Source: Deltaproteobacteria bacterium (lineage in GTDB: Bacteria > Myxococcota > JACRCW01 > JAFGSX01). From it: a stretch of DNA of 44,793 nucleotides. This document shows, piece by piece, positions 1 to 9,424 of the stretch. The notes under the pieces were generated by a model. It had not been told where the DNA came from. It saw nothing but the letters and a program-made list of their open reading frames with translations, and searched no databases. A program made the position numbers and the translations under genes. Where the stretch lies: the NCBI GenBank assembly GCA_016934455.1, contig JAFGSX010000266.1, forward strand, positions 1 to 44,793, in the 5' to 3' direction. The stretch's first letter is position 1, and each line of letters begins with the position of its first letter.

Positions 1-2765
1 AACCCAAAGACAAAGGCAGGCGCCACAAAGCGCCTCTGCTGTTGCTCGCCGAAGGTCCGTTCGCACGGGGTCATCACCTGCTCGCAGCGGACCGGTGCCG
101 AGTAATCGACGAGTCGCCCCCATTCGTCATGGGCGTCTCCCAGCGGGGTCGAGCTGGTAACCAGCGCGGTGTGCCCGATCAGCGCTGGAATTATGCGCGA
201 GCCTTCATGCAATGGCAGGCCGTGGATCAACGGGACCACGGTGGGCTCCGGCGATCCCGCATAGCCGGCGTCGCTGCTGTCATGTGCGGCGAATGTCAGC
301 TCGACCAGGGCGAGGCAGAGCTCTTCTCTGGAGGCGCAGGCCCAGTCGAGAGGCTGGAGATCGATGTTGCCCGCGCCACCGTCCCTGTTGAGGCCTGCAT
401 AGTATGTGGTGGCACCCTTGTTCAGGTCGACGACCGCCAGAACTCGCTCGCTGCCATCAAAGTCTTCGACCACGAAGACCTGCTCGAAGAAATATCGTTC
501 TAAACGACACCACTGACTGTCTGAAGCAAATGCATCGAGCGGGCCGCGAAATACGTGTGCGGTTCGCGAGACCGCGTCATTTGACGGACTGCTTTCGGTC
601 ACGACCGCCAAGGTGTTCGACCCAAGCTCTTCATGCGAACGGCCGGCGGCCAGTGCGACGATGACCTCTCTCTGTTGCAGGGTCTCGGGATTGCCAAGGT
701 TCTCCTGGCCATAGTCGCCGTTGCGGTTGAGTGCAAAGGTCTCGATGTGTTGGTTGCTTGCCGAATCCATCCCCGCGACGAACAGTCGCGATCCATAAGG
801 TGTCGTGGCTAACGCCTGTGCGTTGTTAACAACGAAATCTCTCTCGATGTCGCGGATGGGATCCCTGTACACGACGCGGTTCGCAAGGATCCCAAAAAAA
901 TAGGGCTCACGCGCAGCCACGGCGTGTCTGGCCGTCTCCGTGGGCAGCCTCCACAGGACGTTCTCTGGCCTTTCGAATACGGTGTCGGTGAGCCTGACCC
1001 TGTTGTCGACGATCTGCAGATGGTTGTCTGTCTCGCTGGCGCCGGCGCTGGTCTCGACGCGCACCGCGAGGTGCCGGACCGTGCCGCTGGCATCGAGATT
1101 CATGCCAGTTGACACGTTGGGCCAGATCAGCAACCGGTCGATCGTCGCATCGAGGACGTCGGCGGTGCCTGTCTCGGTGCCGCCGACGTGCGACCAGGTG
1201 ACCGAGATCTGCCTGAAATTCTGCGGGTCGAAGGGACCGCCAAGGACGCCCACCGCGTCGCCCCAGGCAGCGCGCCGCGGCCAGAAACCCTCGACCCTTG
1301 CCGGGCCGAGGATTCTCACGCAATAGGCCGGCACCGCCGCTCCGGGTCCCGGGGGGTACGGTCCGCAGCTCGCTTCGTGCGCCGAGGCGCCGGCGGTCGT
1401 CGAGACGATCACGCGCGCCCAGCCCGGCTCGAGGCCGGCCGGAACCCGCACCGCGAGCGAAACCGGGGTCACGTTTTCGACGTTGCCCCGCACTAGATTG
1501 TGCAGCTCGTCCTCGAACTCGACGACGTTGGCCGCCGTGCTCGAGATATCGAAGCCGCTGCCCTCGATTAAGATCTGCCACGGCCGATCGACCTGCCGGG
1601 AGGGATTGTCGGCAAAGACCTCGGGCGGGGAGATGTGGAAGATCTCGGGTGGGCCCATGACGAGGAACGGTCGGGACAGCTTGCCCAGGCCGGCGGGTGT
1701 CGCCACCACGAGATCCACCTGCTCGACGACTTCTTGGGCAATACCCGAAGGTACCTGGATGGTTATCGACTGCTGACTGGTGTCGAGCACCATCGCCGTT
1801 TGGCAGGATATGTCTGTCGAGTTGAAGAGGACGACATTGATCTCCTCAGTATTTTCGGTAAAGCCATTGCCAAAGATCGTGACCACTCCGTTTTCGTAGG
1901 CGGCCTGCGGTGCCACGCTGGTAACAATGGGACATCCCGCGATAATGACTTCGATGCCGGCCTTGCCCCCGGACGCTTCTTGCACCACGCCCCCCGCGTC
2001 GTCGACCCGTTCCATGATTCCAATTTCATCGGCCGCCGGCGTTTCGACCTCGATGTTCCATGACCTATGCTCGACGTTCCAGGTGCCTTCTGGCACGCAC
2101 AGCACGATTCTGTCGTAGTAGGCCGCCAGTACGGTGGCCGGGAGATGGACTTCGGTGTCGCTGATGGTGCTTTTTAATGTAGCCGTCGTTGTTTCGTAGC
2201 CGGGTCCAATGCCAAGGTTCTTTCCGCTGATTACGAGGCATGAGCCTTCCCCCGAGCATGAATCATCGAGTCCTTTGCAGGAGGTCGGCGAAGGCATCCG
2301 GATACGCGATTCGTCTGGGATCTCGACCTCATCGGGACAGGCGTCGTCTAGCCCGCGCGGCGCGAACGCGATGCCGGGCTTGACAGTGTCGAGCTCCGGC
2401 GCTCCGAGCACCATAAAGTTGTCACGGCTGCTCGCGCGGACTCCGTCCTGTTCGACTTCGATGGCTCCGGTGCGCGCCTTGGCGGGCACCCTGGCCCGCA
2501 ACTTGTCGCCGTCGCGGTCGACAGCGGTCGCGGCGACGTCGCCGAAGTAGACGCTGACATCTCCGGACGCGGCCAGGTGGGCCGTGGTGATCTCGACCTC
2601 GGTGCCTTCGAAGTCCTTGGCCTTGTTGGCGGCGAAGCCGGCGTTGGGCACGAACGACACGACCTCGGGGCTGTTGCCCGACGGCTGCTCGAGATCGGGC
2701 AGGGTCTGCGGGCAGGCGCTCAGCAGGGTCAGCCCCGGCAGGACGACGGCAAAGCGGCAGTTCAT
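1..2765 (-). CDS. Large IPT/TIG-repeat surface lipoprotein (>920 aa, 3' end beyond window)
   Basis: Not in the ORF track. Translated by hand from ATG 2765 (MNCRFAVVLPGLTLLSAC, lipobox LSAC); frame stays open to base 1. About five IPT/TIG-like units (EVVSFVPNAG; PELDTVKPG; PIVTSVAPQAAYENGVVTIFGNGF; PEIFHISP...ILIEGSGF; RVEGFWPRRAAWGDAVGVLGGPF), then a beta-rich region. Confidence 0.8.
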   Translation of the reverse strand, partial: MNCRFAVVLPGLTLLSACPQTLPDLEQPSGNSPEVVSFVPNAGFAANKAKDFEGTEVEITTAHLAASGDVSVYFGDVAATAVDRDGDKLRARVPAKARTGAIEVEQDGVRASSRDNFMVLGAPELDTVKPGIAFAPRGLDDACPDEVEIPDESRIRMPSPTSCKGLDDSCSGEGSCLVISGKNLGIGPGYETTTATLKSTISDTEVHLPATVLAAYYDRIVLCVPEGTWNVEHRSWNIEVETPAADEIGIMERVDDAGGVVQEASGGKAGIEVIIAGCPIVTSVAPQAAYENGVVTIFGNGFTENTEEINVVLFNSTDISCQTAMVLDTSQQSITIQVPSGIAQEVVEQVDLVVATPAGLGKLSRPFLVMGPPEIFHISPPEVFADNPSRQVDRPWQILIEGSGFDISSTAANVVEFEDELHNLVRGNVENVTPVSLAVRVPAGLEPGWARVIVSTTAGASAHEASCGPYPPGPGAAVPAYCVRILGPARVEGFWPRRAAWGDAVGVLGGPFDPQNFRQISVTWSHVGGTETGTADVLDATIDRLLIWPNVSTGMNLDASGTVRHLAVRVETSAGASETDNHLQIVDNRVRLTDTVFERPENVLWRLPTETARHAVAAREPYFFGILANRVVYRDPIRDIERDFVVNNAQALATTPYGSRLFVAGMDSASNQHIETFALNRNGDYGQENLGNPETLQQREVIVALAAGRSHEELGSNTLAVVTESSPSNDAVSRTAHVFRGPLDAFASDSQWCRLERYFFEQVFVVEDFDGSERVLAVVDLNKGATTYYAGLNRDGGAGNIDLQPLDWACASREELCLALVELTFAAHDSSDAGYAGSPEPTVVPLIHGLPLHEGSRIIPALIGHTALVTSSTPLGDAHDEWGRLVDYSAPVRCEQVMTPCERTFGEQQQRRFVAPAFVFG

Positions 2766-2834
2766 GGCGACACCCCTCCCGCGCGCGGCGCGGTCAGCAC
2801 ACAAGAATAGTGAAATGGATGCCGATCGGTCCAG

Positions 2835-4025
2835 CTATTGCGCGGGGCTCGATCCCGGCGCGGGCGCGCTGGCCGGCTCCGGCGCCGGCAGCGGCTGCTC
2901 GAGCGGGTCGACCACCGGCACGCCCATCGCGCGCTTGAAGATCAGCTTTTCGGCGTTGTCGTAGTAGAACTTGCGCAGCACCTCGGGCGGCAGCTTGATG
3001 CCGCTGATCTTCCACCGCCCCTGGATCGGCGTCGGGTGGTCGAAGTCCTTGTCGTCGGTCTCGAAGTAGCGGTAGTGGCGGCGATAGAACTCGACCGCGT
3101 CGTCGAAGGTGGGCGGTTTTTCGGAGACCGATCCGAGCTGCACGTGGTCGGGGCCGATCGCCAGGTCGGTCCCGAACATGATGCGGTCCTGCCAGCGCAG
3201 GAAGAAGCGGCGCACCTCCGCTGGGGGCTTGCGGCCGATCTCGGGCACCCGCGCCGCGGTGTCGGTGTAGACGTTGGGAAACCGCTCCAGCGTGCGGCTG
3301 ACGTGATCCAGGTCCTCGGGATAGTTGCCGACGTGGATCAGCAAAAAAGTGGTCTTGGGATGGCGCGCGATCAGCCGGTTGCGCGCCGCCAGCAGCTCGA
3401 GCAGCGGCGGGTAGTCACCGCCGTAGAACGACCAGTCGGGCGCCTGCTTGAGCTCGTCGTAGCGCTCGTTCTGCGGCGTCGGCGGCTCGAAAAAAGCCTT
3501 GGGGTCGCCGATGTGCATGGCGACGATGGCGTTGATCTTGGCCGCCCGCTCCATGATCGGATCGTAGCGCGGGTCGTCGACCGCGATCAGCTTGCCCTCC
3601 CGGTCGCGCGCCCCCAGCCCCATGGCCTTGAAGAACTTGATCCCCCGGGCGCCCCAGCGCACCGCCTGCTCCAGGCTGTCGGCCTCGCGCTGGCCCCAGC
3701 CGGGCTCGTCGACGCCGCGCCAGTTGGGGTTGACGAAGAACTCGAAGCGCTCCTTGAGCCGGTGCTTCTGGTGGATGGTCGCCGCGAACAGGCGCGAGCC
3801 GAGGTAGCCGCCGTTCTTGTTGCAGAACTTGACCACGCCCACGCGCTTGAACAGCTCGAGCGTGATGTCGATCGACTCGTCGACCGGCGTGATCAGCGTG
3901 TGGGAGTCGATGACCGGCCCACGGTCGACCCCGCCGTCGGGCAGCCGCGGCAGATCGCGCTTGGGGCAGGCGCACAGCGCCAGCAGGGCGCTCGCACACA
4001 ACAGGGGTGCTTGGATCGAGGTCAC
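2835..4025 (-). CDS. Amidohydrolase family protein (Amidohydro_2-like), predicted lipoprotein
   Basis: GTG 4025 overlaps the M23 stop (GTGA). Signal/lipobox LLALCAC; motifs VIDSHT, GIKF, MHIGD, LIHVG, DRIMFGTD, KFYYDNA. Confidence 0.8.
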   Translation of the reverse strand: MTSIQAPLLCASALLALCACPKRDLPRLPDGGVDRGPVIDSHTLITPVDESIDITLELFKRVGVVKFCNKNGGYLGSRLFAATIHQKHRLKERFEFFVNPNWRGVDEPGWGQREADSLEQAVRWGARGIKFFKAMGLGARDREGKLIAVDDPRYDPIMERAAKINAIVAMHIGDPKAFFEPPTPQNERYDELKQAPDWSFYGGDYPPLLELLAARNRLIARHPKTTFLLIHVGNYPEDLDHVSRTLERFPNVYTDTAARVPEIGRKPPAEVRRFFLRWQDRIMFGTDLAIGPDHVQLGSVSEKPPTFDDAVEFYRRHYRYFETDDKDFDHPTPIQGRWKISGIKLPPEVLRKFYYDNAEKLIFKRAMGVPVVDPLEQPLPAPEPASAPAPGSSPAQ

Positions 4026-4963
4026 TGCAAAATGTAGATACGCGGGTTGACCGGGAGGTCGTGCGCGCGCACCTCGTAGTGCAGGTGCGGGCCGGTGGAG
4101 CGGCCGGTGTTGCCGACCGAGGCGATGTGCTGGCCGCGCACCACCTTGTCGCCGACCTGCACCAGCATCTCCTTCAGGTGCCCGTAGAAGGAGCTGATGC
4201 CGAGGCCGTGGTCGACCACCAGCACCCAGCCGTAGCCGCCGCGCTCGCCGGCGAACGAGACCACGCCGTTGGCCGGCGCGATGATCGCCTTGCCCTCGGC
4301 GGTCGAGATGTCGACGCCCAGGTGCATGGTGCGGGCGCCGGTGTAGGGGTCGTCGCGCATGCCGAACTCGCTGGTCACCCAGCCCTGCACCGGCCACACC
4401 GATGGGGTGTTCTCGAGCAGCGCGCTCTGCTCGTCGAAGTAGTGCGACAGCTCGCGCAGCGAGGTCTCCTGCCGCCGCGCCTCGCCGGCCAGGCCGAGCA
4501 GCCGGGCATCGAGCAGCGCAAACTCGAGCTGCTGCTGCTCGGGATCCTGCGGCTCGGGCGGGGCCGCGAACAGGCCCGCCTCGATGTCGGCCGCGCCGCC
4601 CACCGCCAGCGGCTCGTTGACCGGTCCGATCGCCAGCCCGCGCGCCGGGTCGGACAGGCGCGTGATCTCGCGCAGCTTGCGGTCGAACAGGTCGACCCGG
4701 TTGAGCGTGCCGTTGACCTCGTCGAGCTTGGCCGAGATCTGTTCGATGTTGCCGCGCAGCTCGGCGTTTTCTTTGAGCAGCACCCCGTTCTGCACGGCCT
4801 GATCGATAATGTAATAGTAATGCGCCCCGGCCGCGCTGAACGTCGCCACCACCAGCAGCAACAGGATGCCGAGCGCGTTGATCAGCAGGCGCGGAATCTG
4901 AATCCGGCGCACCTCGCTCGAGCGCTCGGGGACGACCAGAATGGTGAAGGACCGACTCGCCAA
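4022..4963 (-). CDS. M23 family metallopeptidase (peptidoglycan DD-endopeptidase-like)
   Basis: N-terminal TM helix, coiled coil, then PSVWPVQGWVTSEFG, HLGVD (HxxxD) and STGPHLHYEV (HxH). Confidence 0.92.
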   Translation of the reverse strand: MASRSFTILVVPERSSEVRRIQIPRLLINALGILLLLVVATFSAAGAHYYYIIDQAVQNGVLLKENAELRGNIEQISAKLDEVNGTLNRVDLFDRKLREITRLSDPARGLAIGPVNEPLAVGGAADIEAGLFAAPPEPQDPEQQQLEFALLDARLLGLAGEARRQETSLRELSHYFDEQSALLENTPSVWPVQGWVTSEFGMRDDPYTGARTMHLGVDISTAEGKAIIAPANGVVSFAGERGGYGWVLVVDHGLGISSFYGHLKEMLVQVGDKVVRGQHIASVGNTGRSTGPHLHYEVRAHDLPVNPRIYILQ

Positions 4964-4988
4964 TTCGTCTCTCGCAAAAGGGTGCCCG

Positions 4989-5018
4989 ACTTTATCGATG
5001 AGCCGGACTTCGTGTCAA
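4989..5018 (-). promoter_or_regulatory. Putative sigma70-type promoter for the M23/amidohydrolase genes
   Basis: Minus strand TTGACA (5018-5013), 18-nt spacer, TAAAGT (4994-4989), about 25 nt upstream of the TTG start. Confidence 0.45.
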
Positions 5019-5065
5019 CGATCGGTGACGGCGTCCGCGAAAAAAAAAGGGGCACCGCCAGGCCG

Positions 5066-5827
5066 TCACATCTCCTGCACGTACGCGACGACGACCGTGA
5101 TGTTGTCGTCTCCGCCCCGGCCATTGGCCATGTCGACCAGCAGCTCGGGCGCCTGCCGGAAGAAATTCTCGGTCACGGTCTCGCCGATCTCGAGGTCGTT
5201 GACCAGGTTGGCCAGGCCGTCCGAGCAGAGCACGTAGGTGTCGTGCTGCTGGGTCTCGACCGCGACCAGATCGACCGCCACGTCCTCCTCGACCCCGACC
5301 GAACGGGTGATGATGTTCTTGAACCGGCTGGTCCGCGCCTGGGCCTCGGTGATGATGCCGGCGCGAAGCTGCTCGTTGACCAGCGAGTGGTCCTCGGAGA
5401 GCTGCAGGATCTTGCCGTGGCGCAGCAGGTAGGCGCGGCTGTCGCCGACGTGGGCGACAAAGGCATGCTTGCCGTGGAACAGCAGGGCGGTGGTGGTGGT
5501 GCCCATGCCGCCGTACTCGCGCGCGGTCTGCGCCTTGCGGAAGATCTCGGAGCAGGCCTCGCGCACCGCGTCGGCCAGCAGCTTGGGCACCGGGGATTCC
5601 TCGATCGGCCCGCCGTAGACCGCGTTGGGATCGATCACGTCGCGCCCCGCGATCATGCGCTGCTCGATGGTGCGCACCGCGATGCTCGAGGCCATCTCGC
5701 CGGCGGCGTGACCGCCCATGCCGTCGGCCACCACGTACAGCTTCATGTCGTCGAAGCAGCCGTAGTTGTCCTCGTTGTGATCCCGCTTGCGACCGACGTC
5801 GGTCATGCCCCACGAGAGGATTTTCAT
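5066..5827 (-). CDS. PP2C-family Ser/Thr protein phosphatase (Stp1/PrpC-like)
   Basis: MKILSWGMTDVGRKRDHNED, VADGMGG, GTT, HVGDSRAY, CSDGL, GGDDNIT. Real start lies well inside the 762-aa track ORF (alternative ATG 5866). Confidence 0.93.
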   Translation of the reverse strand: MKILSWGMTDVGRKRDHNEDNYGCFDDMKLYVVADGMGGHAAGEMASSIAVRTIEQRMIAGRDVIDPNAVYGGPIEESPVPKLLADAVREACSEIFRKAQTAREYGGMGTTTTALLFHGKHAFVAHVGDSRAYLLRHGKILQLSEDHSLVNEQLRAGIITEAQARTSRFKNIITRSVGVEEDVAVDLVAVETQQHDTYVLCSDGLANLVNDLEIGETVTENFFRQAPELLVDMANGRGGDDNITVVVAYVQEM

Positions 5828-5986
5828 CGCGGTTTCCGTCGTCCGCCTCGTATCGCGGACCTCCATGGCCGGATCGATCGCAGCCGAGATCGGATGATTT
5901 AGCACCGGTCGCCCCGTTTGAGAAGCATCCGCTAAAACCGCTTCTTTGGCCTCGACTTTTAAGGCGCTTTCGACTTTTCTGGCGCC

Positions 5987-7912
5987 GTGGCCGGGCAGGA
6001 AGCAGTGGGCGGGGGCTGGCAGCAGGCGCTGCGGCGCGGCGCCATCGCCTTGGCGCTCTGCTACGGCGTGGGTGCGCTGGCGACCCAGGCGGCGCTGGCG
6101 CGCGAGTTCAGCCATACCCCGGACTTCGTCGCCCGGCTCGGCCGGCTGGCCTGGCTGCCGTGGTTGTTCGCCGTGGCGCTGGCGCTCTGGCTGTTCGCGC
6201 TGCAGCGCGCCCACCGCGGGCGCGGCCGGGTGCTGCTCGACGGTGCGTCGATCGAGCGATCGGCGCCTCTGCTCTGGCCGTGCGCGCTGCTCGCCATCGC
6301 GCCCTGCATGTCGGCCTACGCGAGCCACGCCGTGCTGCCGGCGCTGGCGCTGTGCGGCGGTCTGCTCGGCCTGGCCTCGCTCGAGCTGGCACCGGCGGCG
6401 ATCGCCCGCGGCCGCGAGCTGCTGGGGCACCGGGCGGCGCCGTTCGTCGTAGCCGGGATGGCGGCGGCCTGGTTCTTCGCGGTCTCGTTCTATCGCCACG
6501 CCAACTTCGGCTCGGGCAGCCGCGACATGGGGCTGTTCTTCCAGACCGTCTTTTTGCTGTCGCGCGGCCGGCCTCCGATCAACACGGTGATGGACATCGC
6601 CAGCCCCGAACACGCGATCAACGCCTTCGCCGACCACATGGAGTTCATCGACCTGCTGCTGGTGCCGCTGGTCTGGATCTGGCGCGACGCCGGCGCGCTG
6701 CTGCTGGCGCAGGCGCTGGTCACCGGTTCGGGCGTGGCGGCGGTGATGCGGCTGGCGCAGCGCCGCACCGGCGATGGGCTGGCGGCGCTCGCTTTTGGTC
6801 TGAGCTATTTTCTGGCCTACCCGATCGCCGGGGGCGTGCAGTTCGACTGGAATCCGACCACGATGAGCATCGGGCTGTTCGCCTGGGCCTTCGATTTTGC
6901 CGACCGCAGGCGCTACCGCGGTCTGATCGCGACGCTGGTGCTGATCGCGCTGTGCAAGGAAAACCTGCTGCTGTACGTCGCCGCCTTTGGCCTTTACCTG
7001 CTGCTCGACGGCCACGGCGTCAAGCTCGGCGGCGGCGTGCTGGCGGCGGCGCTGCTGCTGTTCGGCGTCGAGCTCAAGCTGCTGTTTCCGATCTTCCGCT
7101 CCGGGGGATTTCGCCACTTTTACTTTCGCGAGCTGGGCGACAGCTTCGGCCAGGTGGCGCTGAACCTGGCGGCGTCGCCGCTGCGGGCGGCGATCCAACT
7201 GGTGACGCCGGGCAACAAGGTCGACGGCCTGTTCATTCCTTTCTCGTCCACGGCGTGGCTGTGCCTGGCCGCGCCGGCGCCCCTGATCGTGGCGCTGCCC
7301 GCCGTGGGCGAGCGGTTTCTCGGCGACTTTCGCAACGCCTGGTGGGGACACCACTACGGCGGCCCGACCGCCGCGATCGCGATCTGCGCGGCCGTGATCG
7401 GCAGCGCCCGGCTGCTGCCGTGGCTCGGGCCGTTGGTGTGGCGACGGCTGCCCGGCGCCGCAGCCGCCACCGCGCTCGGCCTGGCCTGTCTGTGCGCCAC
7501 GCTGCTGGTGGACGTGGCCGGCCGCTGGTCGCCGACCGATCTATTCGTGCTCGAGAAGCCCTACCTGCCGCCGCCGGCCGAGCGGGCGGGCATGCGCGCC
7601 GCGGTGCGCGCGGTGCCGCCCGACGTCAGCGTGGCCGCGCAAAACTACTTTTTGGCGCACCTGGCCGACCGCGACCGGATCTACGAGCTGGCGCTGTCCG
7701 AGCGGGCCGAGGTGGTGGTGCTCAACCCGACGACCAATCCCTGGCCCTACAGCGGCGATCACGTTCGCCAGCTCGCCCGCCGTCTCGCGCAGCGCGGCGA
7801 CTACGCGCTGGTCTTTTGCGCCGGGCATAGCTGGGTGTTCAGGCGCGGCGCCGATCCGGCGCAGGCACCTCAGTGCCCGACGCTCGACGAGCTGCGCGGC
7901 GGCAGCCAGTGA
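5987..7912 (+). CDS. DUF2079-like polytopic membrane protein (probable GT-C glycosyltransferase)
   Basis: Many TM segments; RH...DMGLFFQ, FADH, ALCKEN, HHY and C-terminal PPDVSVAAQ...HLADR pattern typical of this family. Confidence 0.7.
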   Translation: MAGQEAVGGGWQQALRRGAIALALCYGVGALATQAALAREFSHTPDFVARLGRLAWLPWLFAVALALWLFALQRAHRGRGRVLLDGASIERSAPLLWPCALLAIAPCMSAYASHAVLPALALCGGLLGLASLELAPAAIARGRELLGHRAAPFVVAGMAAAWFFAVSFYRHANFGSGSRDMGLFFQTVFLLSRGRPPINTVMDIASPEHAINAFADHMEFIDLLLVPLVWIWRDAGALLLAQALVTGSGVAAVMRLAQRRTGDGLAALAFGLSYFLAYPIAGGVQFDWNPTTMSIGLFAWAFDFADRRRYRGLIATLVLIALCKENLLLYVAAFGLYLLLDGHGVKLGGGVLAAALLLFGVELKLLFPIFRSGGFRHFYFRELGDSFGQVALNLAASPLRAAIQLVTPGNKVDGLFIPFSSTAWLCLAAPAPLIVALPAVGERFLGDFRNAWWGHHYGGPTAAIAICAAVIGSARLLPWLGPLVWRRLPGAAAATALGLACLCATLLVDVAGRWSPTDLFVLEKPYLPPPAERAGMRAAVRAVPPDVSVAAQNYFLAHLADRDRIYELALSERAEVVVLNPTTNPWPYSGDHVRQLARRLAQRGDYALVFCAGHSWVFRRGADPAQAPQCPTLDELRGGSQ

Positions 7913-9420
7913 GCGAGGGCGCCACCGTGCGCGAGGTGGGGCGCGGCGCAATCTACATCGCGCTGGGCAAGGTGGTCTTTCTGCTCACCGCGACCGCCAT
8001 CAACCTGCTGCTGCCGCGGTTGCTCTCGGCGCGCGCCTACGGCGACTACGGCGTGGTGGTGCGCCTGGTCTCGCTGTTCAACATGATGACCGTGATGGGG
8101 CTGCTGCAGAGCGTGTCGCGGCTGGTCGCCGCGCAGCCCGCGGCCGCGGCGGCGACGCGGCGGCGCGCGTCGCTGTTGGCCGCCATCGCAGCCGCCGGCA
8201 TCGCCGTTCCCTTCGCCGCCAGCTCGCCGCTGATGGCGCGCGCGCTGCGGGACGCCGGGTTGAGCGCGGCGCTGGCGCTGGCGGCGCTGATCACGTTCGG
8301 CTACGGCGTCTACGCGGCGGCGATCGGCGTCGTCAACGGTCTGCAGCGATTTCGCACCCAGGCGCTGCTCGACATGGGTTTCTCGGCGGCCAAGTGCGCG
8401 GGCGTGCTCGGCGCGGCGCTCGGTCTCGTCGCGCTGGCGCCGGCAGCCTCGGATCGCGACGGCACCGTCGCGGCGGTGCTCGGCTTTGCCGCGGCCGCCG
8501 CGCTGCTGGCGCTGGTCGCGCAGCTCGTCGCGCGCCGCGCCAGCCGCGACGCCGGCGCGCCGCTCGCCGCCGGTTGGTCGGCGCTGGCGCGCCGGATGCT
8601 CTCTTTCGCCGGCGCGGTGATGCTCTACCAGGCCACGCTCAACGCGCTGATGAGCGTCGACCTGCTGCTGGTCAAGCGCCACGCCAGCGGTGCGCTGGCC
8701 GATGCCGCAGGCCTCTACAACGCGGCTGTCAATGTCGCCCAGATCCCCTACTTCGGCGTGGTCGCCATCACCTTTGTCGCGTTCCCGCTGATCTCGGCCA
8801 GCACCTTTGGCGATGACGTCGCTGCGACCCGGCGCTACGTGCACGCCGCCTTTCGCTACGGCGCGCTGATCGCGATCGGCTGCGCGGCCGTCATCGCCGG
8901 CTGCGCCGGCGACCTGCTGGCGCTGTTGTTTCCGGCCCGTTACGGAGCCGCGGGGGCGGCGCTGGCGGTGCTGGTGGTCGACTACGCGCTGCTGGCGCTG
9001 ATAGCGATCGGCTGCACCGTCATCAACGCGGTGGGTCGGCCGCTGCTGTCGTTTGCAGCGGTGGCGCTGGCCACCGCGCTGGCCGGTGCGCTGGTCGCAG
9101 GCGCCATCGATCGCTGGGGCCTGATGGGCGCGGCCGCCGGCACCACCGGCGGCACCGTTTGCGGGCTGGCGCTGACACTGTGGTGGCTGCGCCGCGCCGT
9201 GGGCGCAGGCCCGGCGCTGCTCTCGACGCTGCGCATCGCTGCCGCCGGCATCATCGCGGCCGGCGTCGGGATCGCGGTGCCGCCGCTGGGCGCGGCGTGG
9301 GTGCTTTTCGAGCTGGCCGGGCTGGGGCTGCTGTATCTAGCGCTGCTGATCGTCGGTCGCGAGCTCGGCCCGGCCGACCTCGACGCGCTGCGCGCTCTGC
9401 TCGGCCGGCGCAGGAGCTGA
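7909..9420 (+). CDS. Oligosaccharide flippase / polysaccharide export protein (Wzx/MOP superfamily)
   Basis: GTG overlaps upstream stop; 12-14 TM; LLPRLL..AYGDYG, VDLLLVK, AAGLYNAA, FPLIS motifs. Confidence 0.8.
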   Translation: MSEGATVREVGRGAIYIALGKVVFLLTATAINLLLPRLLSARAYGDYGVVVRLVSLFNMMTVMGLLQSVSRLVAAQPAAAAATRRRASLLAAIAAAGIAVPFAASSPLMARALRDAGLSAALALAALITFGYGVYAAAIGVVNGLQRFRTQALLDMGFSAAKCAGVLGAALGLVALAPAASDRDGTVAAVLGFAAAAALLALVAQLVARRASRDAGAPLAAGWSALARRMLSFAGAVMLYQATLNALMSVDLLLVKRHASGALADAAGLYNAAVNVAQIPYFGVVAITFVAFPLISASTFGDDVAATRRYVHAAFRYGALIAIGCAAVIAGCAGDLLALLFPARYGAAGAALAVLVVDYALLALIAIGCTVINAVGRPLLSFAAVALATALAGALVAGAIDRWGLMGAAAGTTGGTVCGLALTLWWLRRAVGAGPALLSTLRIAAAGIIAAGVGIAVPPLGAAWVLFELAGLGLLYLALLIVGRELGPADLDALRALLGRRRS

Positions 9421-9424
9421 TCGC

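Noticed and set aside
42-2964. Short ORFs listed in the first 3 kb
   Set aside because: All overlap the single long minus-strand frame from 2765 or the amidohydrolase end.
4964-5069. T9 tract and short inverted repeats after the PP2C stop as terminator or riboswitch
   Set aside because: No convincing GC stem directly before the T run; the 8-bp inverted repeat (5025-5032/5062-5069) is weak and no RNA family was recognised.
5828-7354. N-terminal extension making the PP2C a 762-aa protein
   Set aside because: Mostly antisense to the DUF2079-like gene; PP2C similarity starts at 5827.
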